This document shows, in pieces, positions 12,756 through 26,195 of a stretch of DNA of 64,000 nucleotides; the stretch's first letter is position 1, and each line of letters begins with the position of its first letter. Under the pieces are notes generated by a model that saw only the letters and a list, made by a program, of their open reading frames with translations, was not told the origin of the DNA and searched no databases. The stretch spans positions 80,724,001 through 80,788,000 of the forward strand of contig NC_042997.1 of the NCBI RefSeq assembly GCF_006345805.1, given 5' to 3'. The stretch comes from Octopus sinensis (taxonomy: Eukaryota). The translations under genes and the position numbers were made by a program.

Positions 12756-13465
12756 TAGCAGCTAATCTTCATACTGAATCAAGCAAACTAGATTTCCACT
12801 GGCTTTTCAAATTCCTGATGCTATCTGTTGGCTGCAACTCCTGACAGAAGTGCCACAGTTTAGCTTTGTTTTTCTTTTTCTTTTTTTTTTTGGTAATGGA
12901 ATGGAATTTGAACTCAAAGCTCAAAGTGTTGGAACAAATACTGTAAGGCATTCTATCCCACACTGTAGCATTTGCTACTTAAATACACACACAATTTCCA
13001 TCTCCCAATTTCACTCAGAAGGTATTGATCAGCCTGAAGTTACAGAAGACAAGGTACTTATGCAGTGAGACAGAACTCAAAACCACATGGTTATAAAATG
13101 ATCTCCGTATCCACAGAGCTATGCCTTTATATGTACAAACACACAAATAATACATTGATGTATGTATGCATGCATACAATAGATTGTGCTCAGATATACT
13201 AGCCTACTACTTGTCTTATGAACTGAGAAAATTGTCAGCAAAAATCCTTATTACACAAATCATTTTTCTTCCATTTCATTTATTTCAATATTGGTGTTAA
13301 TTTTAATGACTGTTTTGTTTCATTATTTAAACTATATTTTACAGTTTTTCTTATTTATAGTATTTGAAACTTTAGAACTTTTGAATTTAAAAGTGGTTTA
13401 TATAATAGAATTCCTACATAACAGATATGTATTTCAACCAAATAACTTTGCTCAAACAATCATCA

Positions 13466-13570
13466 TCATTATTTAACATCTGTTGTCCATGCTGGCATGG
13501 GTTGGACAGTTTGACCAGGGTTGGTAAGCGATAAGGCTGCACCAGACGCCAGTCTAATTTGGAATGGTTT
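13466..13570 (-). mobile_element. Degenerate RTE-type 3' tail fragment
   Basis: Reverse complement of ...CCAACCCATGC.AGCATGGA...GTTAAA..ATGATGAT; breaks off at 13570. Confidence 0.8.
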
Positions 13571-13867
13571 TCATAGAGTTCATTCAATCAATTATACTTC
13601 TCTCTTTCTGCATAGGAGAGAAACCTGTATATTTTGAAGTTTTAAATAGAGACCAAAAATTCTACTGTACTTACTGAAGTAGTGATGAGTGAATCGCTAA
13701 ATAAATAAATGTACTAGAATGTACACTTGTTGCTGTGATAGAACCTTTCTTTGAGTAAATTATTCTTAGATGCCATCCACATGAATAATACTTAAGTTGT
13801 GGTAACATATAATGCAGAGGACATTGTTAGAGCATTTAGTTTTATCTTTTTCAGGTTTGTGTTCAAA
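13571..13867. repeat. Inverted two-block duplicate of 29616-30104
   Basis: 13571-13651 is the reverse complement of 30024-30104 (2 mismatches in 81); 13652-13867 is the reverse complement of 29616-29831 (9 mismatches in 216). Confidence 0.93.
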
Positions 13868-13936
13868 ATACACCCACTTGTAACTGCCATCCTGGATCCA
13901 TCTGCCCTCTGCAAACCCATTGTAGAAATTCTAATA

Positions 13937-14718
13937 TCTTTCTATATATAAAAGGCAGTTTGTCTGTCTGTGTGTCTGTCAGGTTGTACCCTCCCCCTGA
14001 CCACAGCTTTCAACCGATTCTGATGAAACTTGACACACACATAGCCCAATGTCATAATTCAAAACTAATGCATCGAAAATTTTGAAAAGTTCCTCCAGTT
14101 CTGAAAAAATCGATAAATTTGACATGGGGTCAAGAATCTAAGCTTATCATATGCAACACATTTTCCGTTGTAGTTTTTGCAACTTGCAATCGATTTTCAC
14201 CAGACTCATGGTGAAGTTTAATGTTACCCTAAGAAACTTAATTCTGATGTTAGTTTTCCATGCAATACCTTACCATCAGAAAAAATCGATAAAATCATGT
14301 CATTTGGGGAAATCGCGTTCAAATTCAAGATGACATATTTTCGACAATATCTTTAACAAATTGGCAGGAATTTTTTTTGAAATTCACAGCAAGCATCATG
14401 TCTGCTCCAAGGAGCTATATGGCCCTTTTGATTCCAATAGGATACATTATTACTGGAAAAAATCGGTTAATTACATCATATGTGGCACACATAGCAAACC
14501 AATGTTTCTGCGATATTTTAAGAACTGGGTTGGATGTGCTAAACAAAACCAGAAAATGCACTTTGACTGTCATAGATTTTCTTCATGCCTTAATGCCTTT
14601 TAGGCTTCATTTTACAAAATAACGGTTCAATGAGTACAAAAGAGGGTAAAAAGGTAAAGGGCATTGCTTATCGACAAAGTTTCTTATATACCCGGGCAAC
14701 GCCGGGCTATGCTGCTAG
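13937..14718 (+). mobile_element. Non-autonomous Helitron (~780 bp)
   Basis: A|TC start (TCTTTCTATATATAAAAG), subterminal hairpin CCCGG-GCAACG-CCGGG at 14691-14706, CTAG|T end, no TSD. These are the canonical Helitron termini. Confidence 0.9.
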
Positions 14719-15333
14719 TAATTTATAAATGCACCATTCTCAAACATAACACAATTCTACATCTATATATATATATATATATATAGGGTCAACCATAAAT
14801 TTTAAACAGCGACATGCCGCTCATCTCAATTCTTTTAGATACGAGAAACACAGTAAATCCATAACACTCACAGTTTTGGCTTTGTTATCTCTTTTTGTCT
14901 AATATATATATATGCATGCTAATACAAGACACACATTAAACTCCTCACTCGTATCACTATTGAACCAAGAGTTTAACTACGGTTTGTCCATAGCACTTAC
15001 TTAGCATTACCTACCACTCTTTGAGTCTTCTCTAGATACCAATATCCTTTATAATCTCATAAAATGAACAGTATATTTGATTTGAACACGTTGTTAGTTA
15101 TCTAAAAAGTCATTAGTTTTAAAAGTAATTATCATTAAAGCTAAGTGCTGACTATGTAAGATAACTATGTTAGCCCTGTAATTCTAGGAAGGAGGGTATA
15201 ACCAGCTGTCACTTGAGAGTAAGTACAGTGACATATACCATACATTTTTTAATTGTTATAGGAACCTGTATAATTGTGAGCAGACTTAGACAGCCTCTTA
15301 GCCTCCTCATCTTTGACTCAGAGAAACATTCAG

Positions 15334-15370
<37 letters not shown>

Positions 15371-16423
15371 GTGCCATCAACCAGCTGGTATCCATTTAGA
15401 GCCAAGTAAACCAGAACACAATAAAATGAGGTATCTTGCTGAAGAACACAAACACACCTGGTTCAGGAACTGAGCCAAATACCCAGGCAATACAAAATGT
15501 ATATGAATGTAATTTACCTTGAATACATACAGTAATGCAAGCAAGAATAAGATGAAACTGTTTTGATAACGATAACCAATTTCTGCTTCCCACGCAAAGA
15601 TATGTTTTTATGATGATTTTCAAATATTTTGTTGTTACACTTTTATGATGATTTCCATCAGACAAAAAATATATATATATATATATATATACAACAATAA
15701 TTTGAAGTGAAACAAATAAAGCAATGAAAATATAATTTAATTTAATTCCTTTTCTGTAAATAATGGTCTAGAGTAGAGTATCACAAATCTCAAACCAATC
15801 ACTTTAAAGAAATTTGCCTAAGCTAATGTACAGAATCACCCTTTGCTTCTCTCAGGCATTGTGTATCTAGGATTACATTATCCAATGTATCTCTCATTTT
15901 CCAAAATAGTATATCATTTGAGGGAGACGTGACAGCTACTTCTAACACAATGAAAGATCACATAGATTTTCTGTCACTGACCTAAGAAGAATAAGCTTCA
16001 GCACTCGATATTCACTTTGTATGTTACTAATTATATAATGTACACACAGGCCTTGTTCAAAAATAGAAACAAACTCAATGAATGTAGTTTCTAACTTTAT
16101 GAATGTTGGTTGGGAACGAGATAGTTGTATGTGTGTGTGTGTGTGAGTGTGTGTGTTGTTGTGGTGGTGGCAGTGGTGGTAGTAGTAGTAGTACTAGTAG
16201 TTATTTACCATCAATAAAACTGAAGTAGTCTAAACAACCAAACTGCTACTATTTTGTAAACAAAGATTAAACACATCTCAATATTTAGCTTCCTCAACAA
16301 TCAATCCAGTTCTACAAATATCAATCAAGTCTATCTTCAATTTGGCAATGTTTTCTATCAATCCCTTCACATCCACTACCAAGCATGCCTGCCACTATAA
16401 ACATATTTATTCCTTGTATACAT

Positions 16424-16460
<37 letters not shown>

Positions 16461-18249
16461 CTGTATATGTGTATGTATGTGTGGAATGCTATTTGCATGA
16501 GTAGCTACTGTTCATTATAGCTAGTTAATCATTAGTAAAGTCTGTTAATAAGTAGCTAAGTAAACTTGATACAAACAATATCATCTGCCAGGAAAACAAC
16601 TCCCTCTCACCGACTACTTCATTCCTACACACACACACACACTCCCTCCTTCTCTCCCATGTTTTCATGGTATTCTTTTACTCTGTTTCTTACACTTTCT
16701 ATTTCACTCCTTTACCTTCTTACTCTCTATCTCCTTCTCCTTACACTATCACACTTCCTTACATTATTCTACACTCTCCTCTATCTGCCTGCTGTTCTCT
16801 CTCTCTCTCTCTCTCTCATTACTTTCCTCTGATTTGTTATTATTTCTATTTCGCTCCTTCAAAACATTCTCCCGCCCTCTTAAATATCGCTTTGCTTTCA
16901 ATATACATGTGAAGTGGGGGGGAGAGGACAAGAGGAAGGTTGGAGTAAGAAACAGCATTAGGTATGAGTTACTTAAGGAAAAAAATTGTTGAGATGAAGG
17001 GATGGCAGTATGGTGCAAGTTAACTAGTGACTCTTCTGTTTAAAAAAAAAAAAAAGTCATGCACAAGTAAGAAATTTTTATTATATAAGATGTGTATAGT
17101 GTGTGTGTGCGTGCGTCTGCATACACAGAGACCTACTTGTGATTATATATGACATTGCTCTAGCAAGGCCTCAAACATCAAGAACTTCAAAAGGAACTGA
17201 AGAAACACACTAAAGAACACACACATTATAAACACAAGATGTATTTATACATTCAGAATATGAATGATTTATAATACGAAGTAAACATTCAAGTGTAACA
17301 TGTTTGGGGGGGAAAAAAACATCAACAGAAAATGAAATGATGACAATAAAATCTTTTATACAAACTAACCTTATATCAAAATTACATTTTTAGTCATAAA
17401 AAAATGTTTACTACAGATCTTTTTGGAATATTAAGAATAAGTTGCCAATATATATATCCATAATCAATATCTGGCAGTAAATTGTATTCAAGTACATAGT
17501 AAGCAGAATAATTCACATTTATACTGAGATTATGTAGTAAATAAATCTTCATGGTAGAACAGAATAGTTTTAGAATAACCAGAAATATATAACCACAAAG
17601 TGGTGAGGTGTGTCACTCTAGAGAAGATTAAAAAATATAATGCAGAAAAAAGAAAAAAAGGTCATATCACCAGAGTCTTTTCCTTTTCAATAAAATAAAA
17701 TAGTAAGTAAATATAGTAGGGATCCAAAAGCTTTAAATTACAACTGCACTTGAAAATAAATTTCAATCATTTAACCTTAAAGTAATGGCTAAGTCAAGCT
17801 GAAGGCTCTTCTTAGCTCTTAAATCATTCTGGGCATCTAATTGAAAATATATGCTGAAGGATATGAAAACAAATTGCTGCTGTATTTGGAAGTAGTACTG
17901 TAAAACTGGCAAATTAGTTATTAACTTGCAGTGCTATTTAACTTCTGTAAGTGCAGTAAAGAGATATGTTAGATCCCTTTAGACTCATTTAGAAATCAAC
18001 ACTAAGAAGCATTGATGGATATATCTGATCATGAAAAGTTAATTAATTGACTTGAATAATCTGACAGTAGAGATTGACTGCAAAAAAAAAAGTGCAAACA
18101 ACAACTACAGACTTTAAATGCATTCACATTGGAAGCTTATAAAATGTAAATATTCATCATTCAAATACTGGCACCCACAATAAATATCATCTAGCATATA
18201 TGACATTTACAGTATAGTGCTTATCTGATGTAATGTCAATTCAAATCTA

Positions 18250-18470
18250 TGCTAAAGTATATAACAGAATTCCAAGCTTGCTGCATCCAACTCCCTTCTT
18301 GCCATCCATACTGTTTTTCTCTCTAAAACCCAGCAGCAGGTTTCAAATGCAATTTTTCCTTCCAAGAATTGCTGCCATATGGAACTTGATTCCTTTCCAT
18401 CTGGTCTTGCAGTAAATCATTTCTAAACTTAATAGTAACCATACGAAACTTACTCGTCTGACCCACCTTT
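18250..18470 (+). mobile_element. Old LINE (CR1/L2-group) C-terminal fragment
   Basis: Translation ...RFQMQFFLPRIAAIWNLIP resembles the conserved SFFPRT.RLWN.LP terminus. Confidence 0.55.
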
Positions 18471-18818
18471 CTAATGCAAGGATAAGAACAAAAAAAAAAA
18501 GACAACCCAACTAAAAAATAGTTCTGTTTTAGTTCATGATTTAGGAAATGACTGTCAACTCTAAGAAAAATGCAGTTCAGTGATATTCATGCCTTTCTCA
18601 GGGCCATTTATGGTAAAGTAAAATGGAATTATCTTAACAAAGAATTGAAGCAGATACAAAGATTCAGCTCAGCAGAAATGTTTACCTCATTTATTCATAA
18701 CAAACGTGCACCTTTTTTACTTTTGTTTAATGCAGTGATTACTAAAATTATGCAATGAATTGCTCCCTTATAAACATTACTCAAAAGGAGGCCACAAAAA
18801 ATAGGAAATTGTAATGTC

Positions 18819-19815
18819 TTGTAAGTCTGATCAATAAGTATATGGACTGTCACCATAGTAACGAAACTAAAGCACACAGAGTAAAGCTGCTTGTCACAGA
18901 TTGACCTTGAACTCTGCTGTGCATGCATGCTAAGTTTTAACGTTTTAGCTCTCTTCTGCTGTTCACAGCAGTGCTTGCAAGAAAGGTGTATAACGTGTGA
19001 TCATTGCAAAGAGAGTTGAGCAGAGAATCTGCATCAAATTTTGCCAAAGGCTTGGGCGATACCTGCTCAGAGGCCTATGCAAAGATTTCAAAAAGTCTTC
19101 ATTGTTCTCCATACAATCAAGGAGATCTGGCGCAACTGAAACTTGAGTGTCTTCCTGGTCAGCTGAAAGCAGTTTTGACACAAACTTGACAGACACGCAT
19201 CTCATACCCAAATCTTCAGTTATGATGGACTGAACTGAACCCTAACTAATCTGCACATCCTCCAATAACTCACGGATGGTGATTCGACTATTTCCCTTCA
19301 CAACTGCACACACATCTGTGATGTTTTTCTTGGTTCTGCTGGTTGCAGGTCTCCCAGAATGTTCAATATTGACATGTTTTTGGCCTTCTTGCAAATATCT
19401 GAATCACTTGTACACTTGTGTGCGGCTCATACACTCCTCTCCATACACTTTCTGCAACTTTGCGTAGGCCTCTGAGTAGGTATCACCATGACAACTTTTT
19501 CTGTCGTGGTCAATGCAATGATCACACACAACACACCTTCCATCCAAGCACTGCTGTAAATAGCGGAAGTGAGCTAGGACATTAAAACTTATTGCGCCGA
19601 GTGTTGACTTCAGTTTTTTTCTTTTTTTTCAACAGCAGTGCCCCAGCATGGCCGCAGCCTCGAAGCTGAAACATATAAAAGAAAAAAAAAAAATGCACAG
19701 CAGAGTTCAAGGTCAATCTGTGCCAAGTGACTTCACTCTGTATGCTTTAACTTCATTACTATGGCAGCAATCTGGATACTTACTATTATGTTTTGTTACA
19801 ACAGTTGACCTTATG
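18819..19815. mobile_element. Foldback mariner derivative built from two inverted 5' ends
   Basis: Plus arm 18819-19085 (TIR-like start, then EQRICIKFC). Minus arm from about 19815 to 19086 (KVYGEECMSRTQVYKWFKRF...GMRCVSVKFVSKLLS...ENNEDFLK). The arms are reverse complements. Confidence 0.85.
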
Positions 19816-21653
19816 GTAAAAAGGTCACTATCACCTGTCCTCATCTCCCTCACTAATTCCAGTGTCACCTACAGACACTACAATTGTGTAAGAGGAGTGG
19901 TACAACAAATCAAGTTGGCCCTCATCCTCAAATATACTTATTTTATTGATCCAACAGAGATGAGAAGCAAAGATGACACTGTCAAGATTTTCATTTAGAA
20001 AATAAATGAACATAATTACATACTGTATGTCATTCAGTCTGGCATGACCATTCTTCCCATTCAATGTGACCTGAGCCAATAAAATTAATGTTTTTGCAAG
20101 TACAATACTGAAGGGAAAATGAGAACTGTTAACCCTTCAGTTACCAAGCTGATTTGACTAACTGCAAATCTCAATAAGTCAGTACTTCATAATTGCAAAT
20201 ATTTCATATTTATTATTATACTACATTTCCTGAACAACAGCATCTTTGGTTATAGATTTCCAACAGTTCAATCACTGGTTCACTGGATTTATAATGGTAA
20301 CAGTGTTAAGGGAGTGTCTGGGGAAACTCAAGTAGAATAAATACTAGAGTACATTAACTCAAAAGTGCTAGCTCATCAATTTCTTTACCAATGCTTGCAT
20401 TTTTTGCCAATATATGTCAGCAAATATATACAAGCTAGCTTGATATACAGTTTCATCTAATAAATTATATTCACATGGTATTAGATGATGCAAGGCTATG
20501 GTAGAATAGATTTGGCCAAGGTGCTACATAGTGGAAGCAAATTTAACCAAACAGTCATGTCTGGTTGAAATTTAAAATCCTTTGGGCTTATTCACACTAA
20601 TATAATGCAATATATGCTAACAGTACAGCAAAAGTACACCACGCATCATAAAAATTAGATGACCCATTTAGTAAGGTAGTGCTATACAAATAAATTTAAT
20701 CCCATGAATATGATTTTTTTTTCTCCCATTTCCTACAAATATTTATGCTATAATAACCCTCTCACATTATTAACAATCTCATTCCAAATTAGTGCCAGGA
20801 AAATTATCAGAAAAATATTTTGGTGTGTATTTCAGCTTTGATATTGACTGCAGAGAATTTTTCTTAATTAGATAGTTATTGAATTCTTAAACAAAAAGCG
20901 AAAACATAGCAAGAATAATTGAACAAAAAAAAATTCCAACTTATTTACAAAGATCTTTTAGCAGTTTCTTATGAATCAATATTTGTATAATAAAAATATG
21001 GAAAAACAAAAAGGATAAAATAGAAATCTACTATATGACATCAGCTTTGAACATCATTTAACCAGAGATAATCTTAATAAATAATAGAAGAGGTAAACAA
21101 AAATTAAGATAGTCTGTGTGTGTGTTTGTTCATTCATTCAATATTGAAACTTTCTTTTCAGCTAACTTTTCCATTCCATGCCAGTTTTTCTAGATGGAAT
21201 GGAGGTTGAGTTTTCATGAGTACAGATTTTATTTACCCCACAGCCTTACTGTCTCTGGGCCCATTATTGGTCAACTAGACAAACAACTGTTAGAACTAGT
21301 TGTTTTCAAAGGTAATTTCAGCATCAGCTTGTTCCTACTTGTTGGAGTCTATCAAATTTGTAGAAGAAATTAAAGAATCCAACAAGTAGTAGAAATTACC
21401 TGCACTTTTACACCATCATTTGCTCATTCTCTGTTGAACATTTCAAAAGACTGCCATGATAATGATGTGTTTCTCAACAAAGTAGACAGAAATCTTTTTT
21501 ATATTTATTCAATGCTTAATGTATTGCGCATTCAAAACAAAGACAAGATACTAAGATGTCATCAATTCCAGGATTCAAGTAAGTTGAGCTATTGAGATGA
21601 ACTTTGTTTTGTTTCCATTTCTGAAAAAAAAAAAAAGAGAGAGAGAGAGAGAG

Positions 21654-21697
<44 letters not shown>

Positions 21698-24270
21698 CGC
21701 ACGTGCGTGAGCTTTTAAGCATTTTTGATGAGATAGATGGTGTCAAGTGCTTCTGCAAGGCTCATCCCTTTAAGTGCAAAGAACAATGCTGCATTGTGTT
21801 AGAAGTTTGACTTGTTCCTAAGTGTGATGTTCTGTTTCAAGTTAACAGAGTGAATGTTTCCTGAAGTTAATGCTTATAGTTTTCATAGATATGCTATTTG
21901 TGGTTGAAAGGTTAATGTTTTTAATGCTCATTAGATTTTTTTAGCTATATTGGACATCACATTCCCAAATTAACCAACTTGAGACCATCTGTATGCTAGC
22001 CCTACTAGATATAGCAGCAAATATCCCTCAAATCACAAACTACAATCATAAATAGTACAGATTACAAAACATAATCCTAGATATAAATGTTTAAAAATTA
22101 TTTTTTTTTAAATTGAAATCATAGCTAGAATGCCTTTTGATCATAGATCTGCTTGATCAGAAATGACCTTGGGTTAAACAACAATTATATTCCCATATAG
22201 CATCTTATACAACCTTACTATGACTCACTTTCACTGAGATATCAAAGCGAGCAATATATGTCTTTCAAAAATACAATAATATCTATACAGCTATGGAACA
22301 AAAAGAGATATAAAATTGTCAAGAGAGGGTTTAACACATACTTACACATTCATATTAGAATTACACACACATTACATAAACAAGCATCTATATACACATT
22401 CTATACAAGTAAATATAAACATATGTATCTACATCTGCACACAAGACTGCACATTCATAAGCACAGACACAAACCTTTACTTCTACATATATACACATAT
22501 GAAAACATATATAATCATAAAGAACGACAGTCAGATTTTGCTGCGTAACTCACCTCTAGTTAATATATTCAAGAAACAAATAAGGAAACAAACAAGTGAG
22601 AAAGTTAAAGTTTAAACTGGTTAGCTTAAAAGAAGTCAAGTTCCTTCAGTTAACCTCCAATCCACCACCACCGAAGTCTTGACAAATATTGGTTGGAAGA
22701 GATGTTGAGGTTAAAGATGAGAAAGTGGCAAGAGCTAATGATTTGCTAGCACTATGCATTACTGTAGATTAGCAGAAAATTCAAATGAGCATGTTTTGAT
22801 TTTTCTGTAAAATTGTATTTGAGAAGTAAGTTTTCTTGTAATCATATTTATTTAAGACATTTGTTGTGGTCGATATGGACTTTGAAGAATTACTGGTTAT
22901 TAATAAAGAACAAGATCTACACTTCTACTAAGTTAGTGGTTGTTTTACAAACCACTGTACCTCCTGCAAAACTACATTCTAAAAAGAAGAAGATGCCTTT
23001 GTTAACCTCAACACAGCTTACAAGTTACTCCATCTCTCTGCCTTGCTAATAAAAGCACTACCAAGATGGTTTCTTGAGCAAGATGCCGAAACAGAAAGTT
23101 TTTCACATTTGCAGCCCATTTAACTCTAAAGATCACACACTTAACAAAACCTCTCCAAAATGTTTCCTTCAACATGTCATTAGCCTCCCTGCCACATACA
23201 TACATGCTGCGTCTAAAACATCTTAAACCAATAAAATCACTGGCCATAATAACATTACATGCATTATACAAATGTTACTTACCAGTAAATTCAAATTACA
23301 ATTAGTATATCATGCCTACATAAAATATTTTCACATCATCATCACTTAACATATCAATGTATGATCTTAAATATTCTTAGTGTCAATGCTCTGATCCAGT
23401 AATGAGCAAAATCAGCAAGTGAGTAAGATTTTAGACTGCTCTAGCTTAACCAGACACCAATTTTGCATTATTGCATTATGTCTATGAGGACTCCAAGCTC
23501 TTTGAAAACAGAAAAAACACTAACCATTATACCCAATCCACTTTTCATAGAACATCAGCTTTCTGGAATCCCCTTGCTATCCACATTTTTTCCTGAAGAT
23601 ATTAACTTAAGATATGCAAGCAGAAAGCAGAACATCAACTGTATCAATGTCACAAATCAAGGTTTTTAAAGGCCATGAACAGACATTTTTTTCTGATGAA
23701 ACCATTACCAAACAAAGGACAAAAACAATTCATGCTGAAAAGAGAAACCTTTACAATTTGTGTTCCGAAATTGAATCATTTTAATGAAAAGAGACAAGTG
23801 TTTTGGAGAGTAAAATAGAGTGTAAATACACCATAGGATATTCCTACGTAGAAAGCATAACAACAATAAAAAAGATTAATAGAAGATCATTTGGCATAGT
23901 TAAAGGCTAAAAGTTGTAAATTCAGGAAAAATTACCCATCAACTGTGTGCAGAGATGCATCATTTCACATGATAGAAATAATTGAACAAGCTTTAATTTC
24001 ATATCAAGTGAATAGGCTAAATTTGTGTAGCGAAATAAAGTAACTATAAATATGGAAAAGAAATGAGATTATTATGATTCACAAAATATATGTTAACATG
24101 AATGGAGAAGATAGTTTAAGCTTGGATGAACTAAAACAGCTGGAAATTAAAAACGTTTGCCACCAAGAAAGCAGAGTGCTGGTGCTGTTAACACTTCTGT
24201 TTTTAAGACCTTTAAATCTGAAGCACTTGAAGAAATGTGTATAAAATACCATATATCAAGTGTGTGTGCA

Positions 24271-24303
<33 letters not shown>

Positions 24304-25577
24304 CTATATATATGATTTATATGTAAAAAAAAAATAAATAAACAACTATTTGTACACGTCATCTACTGATAGTGCAGCAGAAATGAAATCTCTAAGACAC
24401 ATGCTCATCACTGATTACAATCACCAGACAGGGATCAAAACAATACTTCTGACAATTGTACCATTGTGATTTGTAACTTAAGTATTCCAGGCAAGTTCAA
24501 AATCCAATTTTAGAATCTCAAGTATAAAAGAAAAACTTTGCCATTTATAACACAGAGAAAAACATGAATTGTGACAAAAAGCAATTTTCAAGAATGAAAT
24601 AAAACAAAATTCAGATTACCCAATTAGATTAGATTTGCATTGAATTTGCATAATTGTTTTTTAAATTATTATTCTCACTGTTGGAAAAACATAAATATGT
24701 CTCTACTTCCTACAGGAAATAACCAATTTAATGATAGTGAAAGATAAAGAAAAAGAAAGGTGGTGCAATTAAAAGTATGAACTGATAGTAATTTATTAAT
24801 AAAAAAAAAGTTAATTTCTCAAAAAGTTAAAATTTCAAAAGGAAAATTTTTGCAAGAAAATTATCGAAAAAAATTTAATGATATTAACTAAAACCGAATT
24901 ATTGAATAAGTATAAAAGCTCTATTGTGTCATAATAAATAAATGAATTCTAATTAGAGAAAACAGCTGGCTGCTAAAGATAGGAAACAAACAATACACAC
25001 TAAATACAATAACTAAAAATACACACTAAATACAACTAAAGATCTGAAATCTAATGTAGTTGGTTGAAGATAATGAAGCGGAAATAATGTTTTAATTATC
25101 AATATCAAATTCATAATGGTCAGAACATGATTAGAAAGATGATTATTTCAAACTTCAAAACAACCGTGAAAAGATGTGAGAAAAATACCTAAATATAATG
25201 GTGAGGTGGAAGCTGTTCACATTCAATGATGAATAAAATAAAATAAATGAAAATAAAATACCAACATGTAGAACAAATTTCTTTGTAGTAATTTTTGTTG
25301 GTGACATAATATTCAACTAAAAGAAAAAAGTACTGAAAATTAATTCATAGTTATAAGCTATTAAAATTACAGCACATTGCAAAGAAAACTTAGCTTGGAT
25401 ACAATAGTATTCAGTACAGGTTATTCCTCTCTTCCACCACAAACCACCATTTTCTAAAAGATTTTTCTCAAATATCTGTATTTTGTTTTAATGCTGCTAC
25501 AAATGAGTAGACCTGTCCAGTACACTAAAATAAACTTCTATAACACAGCAATAACTAGTTGAATGTTATATGCTGTT

Positions 25578-26195
25578 ATAATAATAATAGTTTCAAATTT
25601 TGCAACAAGGACAGTAATTTTGGGAGAGAGGGTTAGCTGATTACATCAACTCCAGTGTTCAACTGGTACTTATTTTATCAATCCTAGAAGGATGAAAGGT
25701 AAAGTCAAACTTGGTGGAATTTAAATGCAGTATGTAGCAGCAGACAAAATACCACTAAGCATTCCGCCCACCATCTAATATAATAATTAGTTTCCACTAT
25801 AGGCACAAGACCTGAAATTTTGTGGAAGGAAACCAGTTAATTACATCAACTCTGGTGCTCAACTATTACATATTCAATGAACTAGGAAACAATGGAAGGT
25901 AGCATATAAAGACAGAAAAAAATGCCACTAAGCATTGACTGTCATGTTAACAATTCTGCCAGATCGCCACCTTTATAATAATAATAATGGTTTCAAAATT
26001 TGCACAAGGCCAGCAATTTGGGGGAGGGAGTAAGTCAATTACATCAGCCCCAGTGCTCAACTGGTACTTATTTTATCAACCCTGAAAGGACGAAAAGGCA
26101 AAGTCAACCCCAGCGGAATTTGAACTCAGAACAAAGATGAATGAAATGCTGCAAAGCATTTCATCCAGCTTGCTAATGAATCTGCCAGCTGGCCA
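25578..26195 (-). mobile_element. Three head-to-tail copies of tRNA-derived SINE family 2
   Basis: Copies at about 25578-25776, 25777-25973 and 25975-26195 share ACTGGTACTTATTTTATC..CC.GAAAGGATGAAAGG.AAAGTCAAC and are separated by (TAA)n. Confidence 0.8.

Noticed and set aside
13571-13867. A-to-I editing signature in the duplicate (5 of 11 differences are A/G)
   Set aside because: Too few sites, and direction fits ordinary C-to-T transitions on the other strand.
16600-16870. Hydrophobic L/S/T-rich ORFs
   Set aside because: Low-complexity pyrimidine tract.
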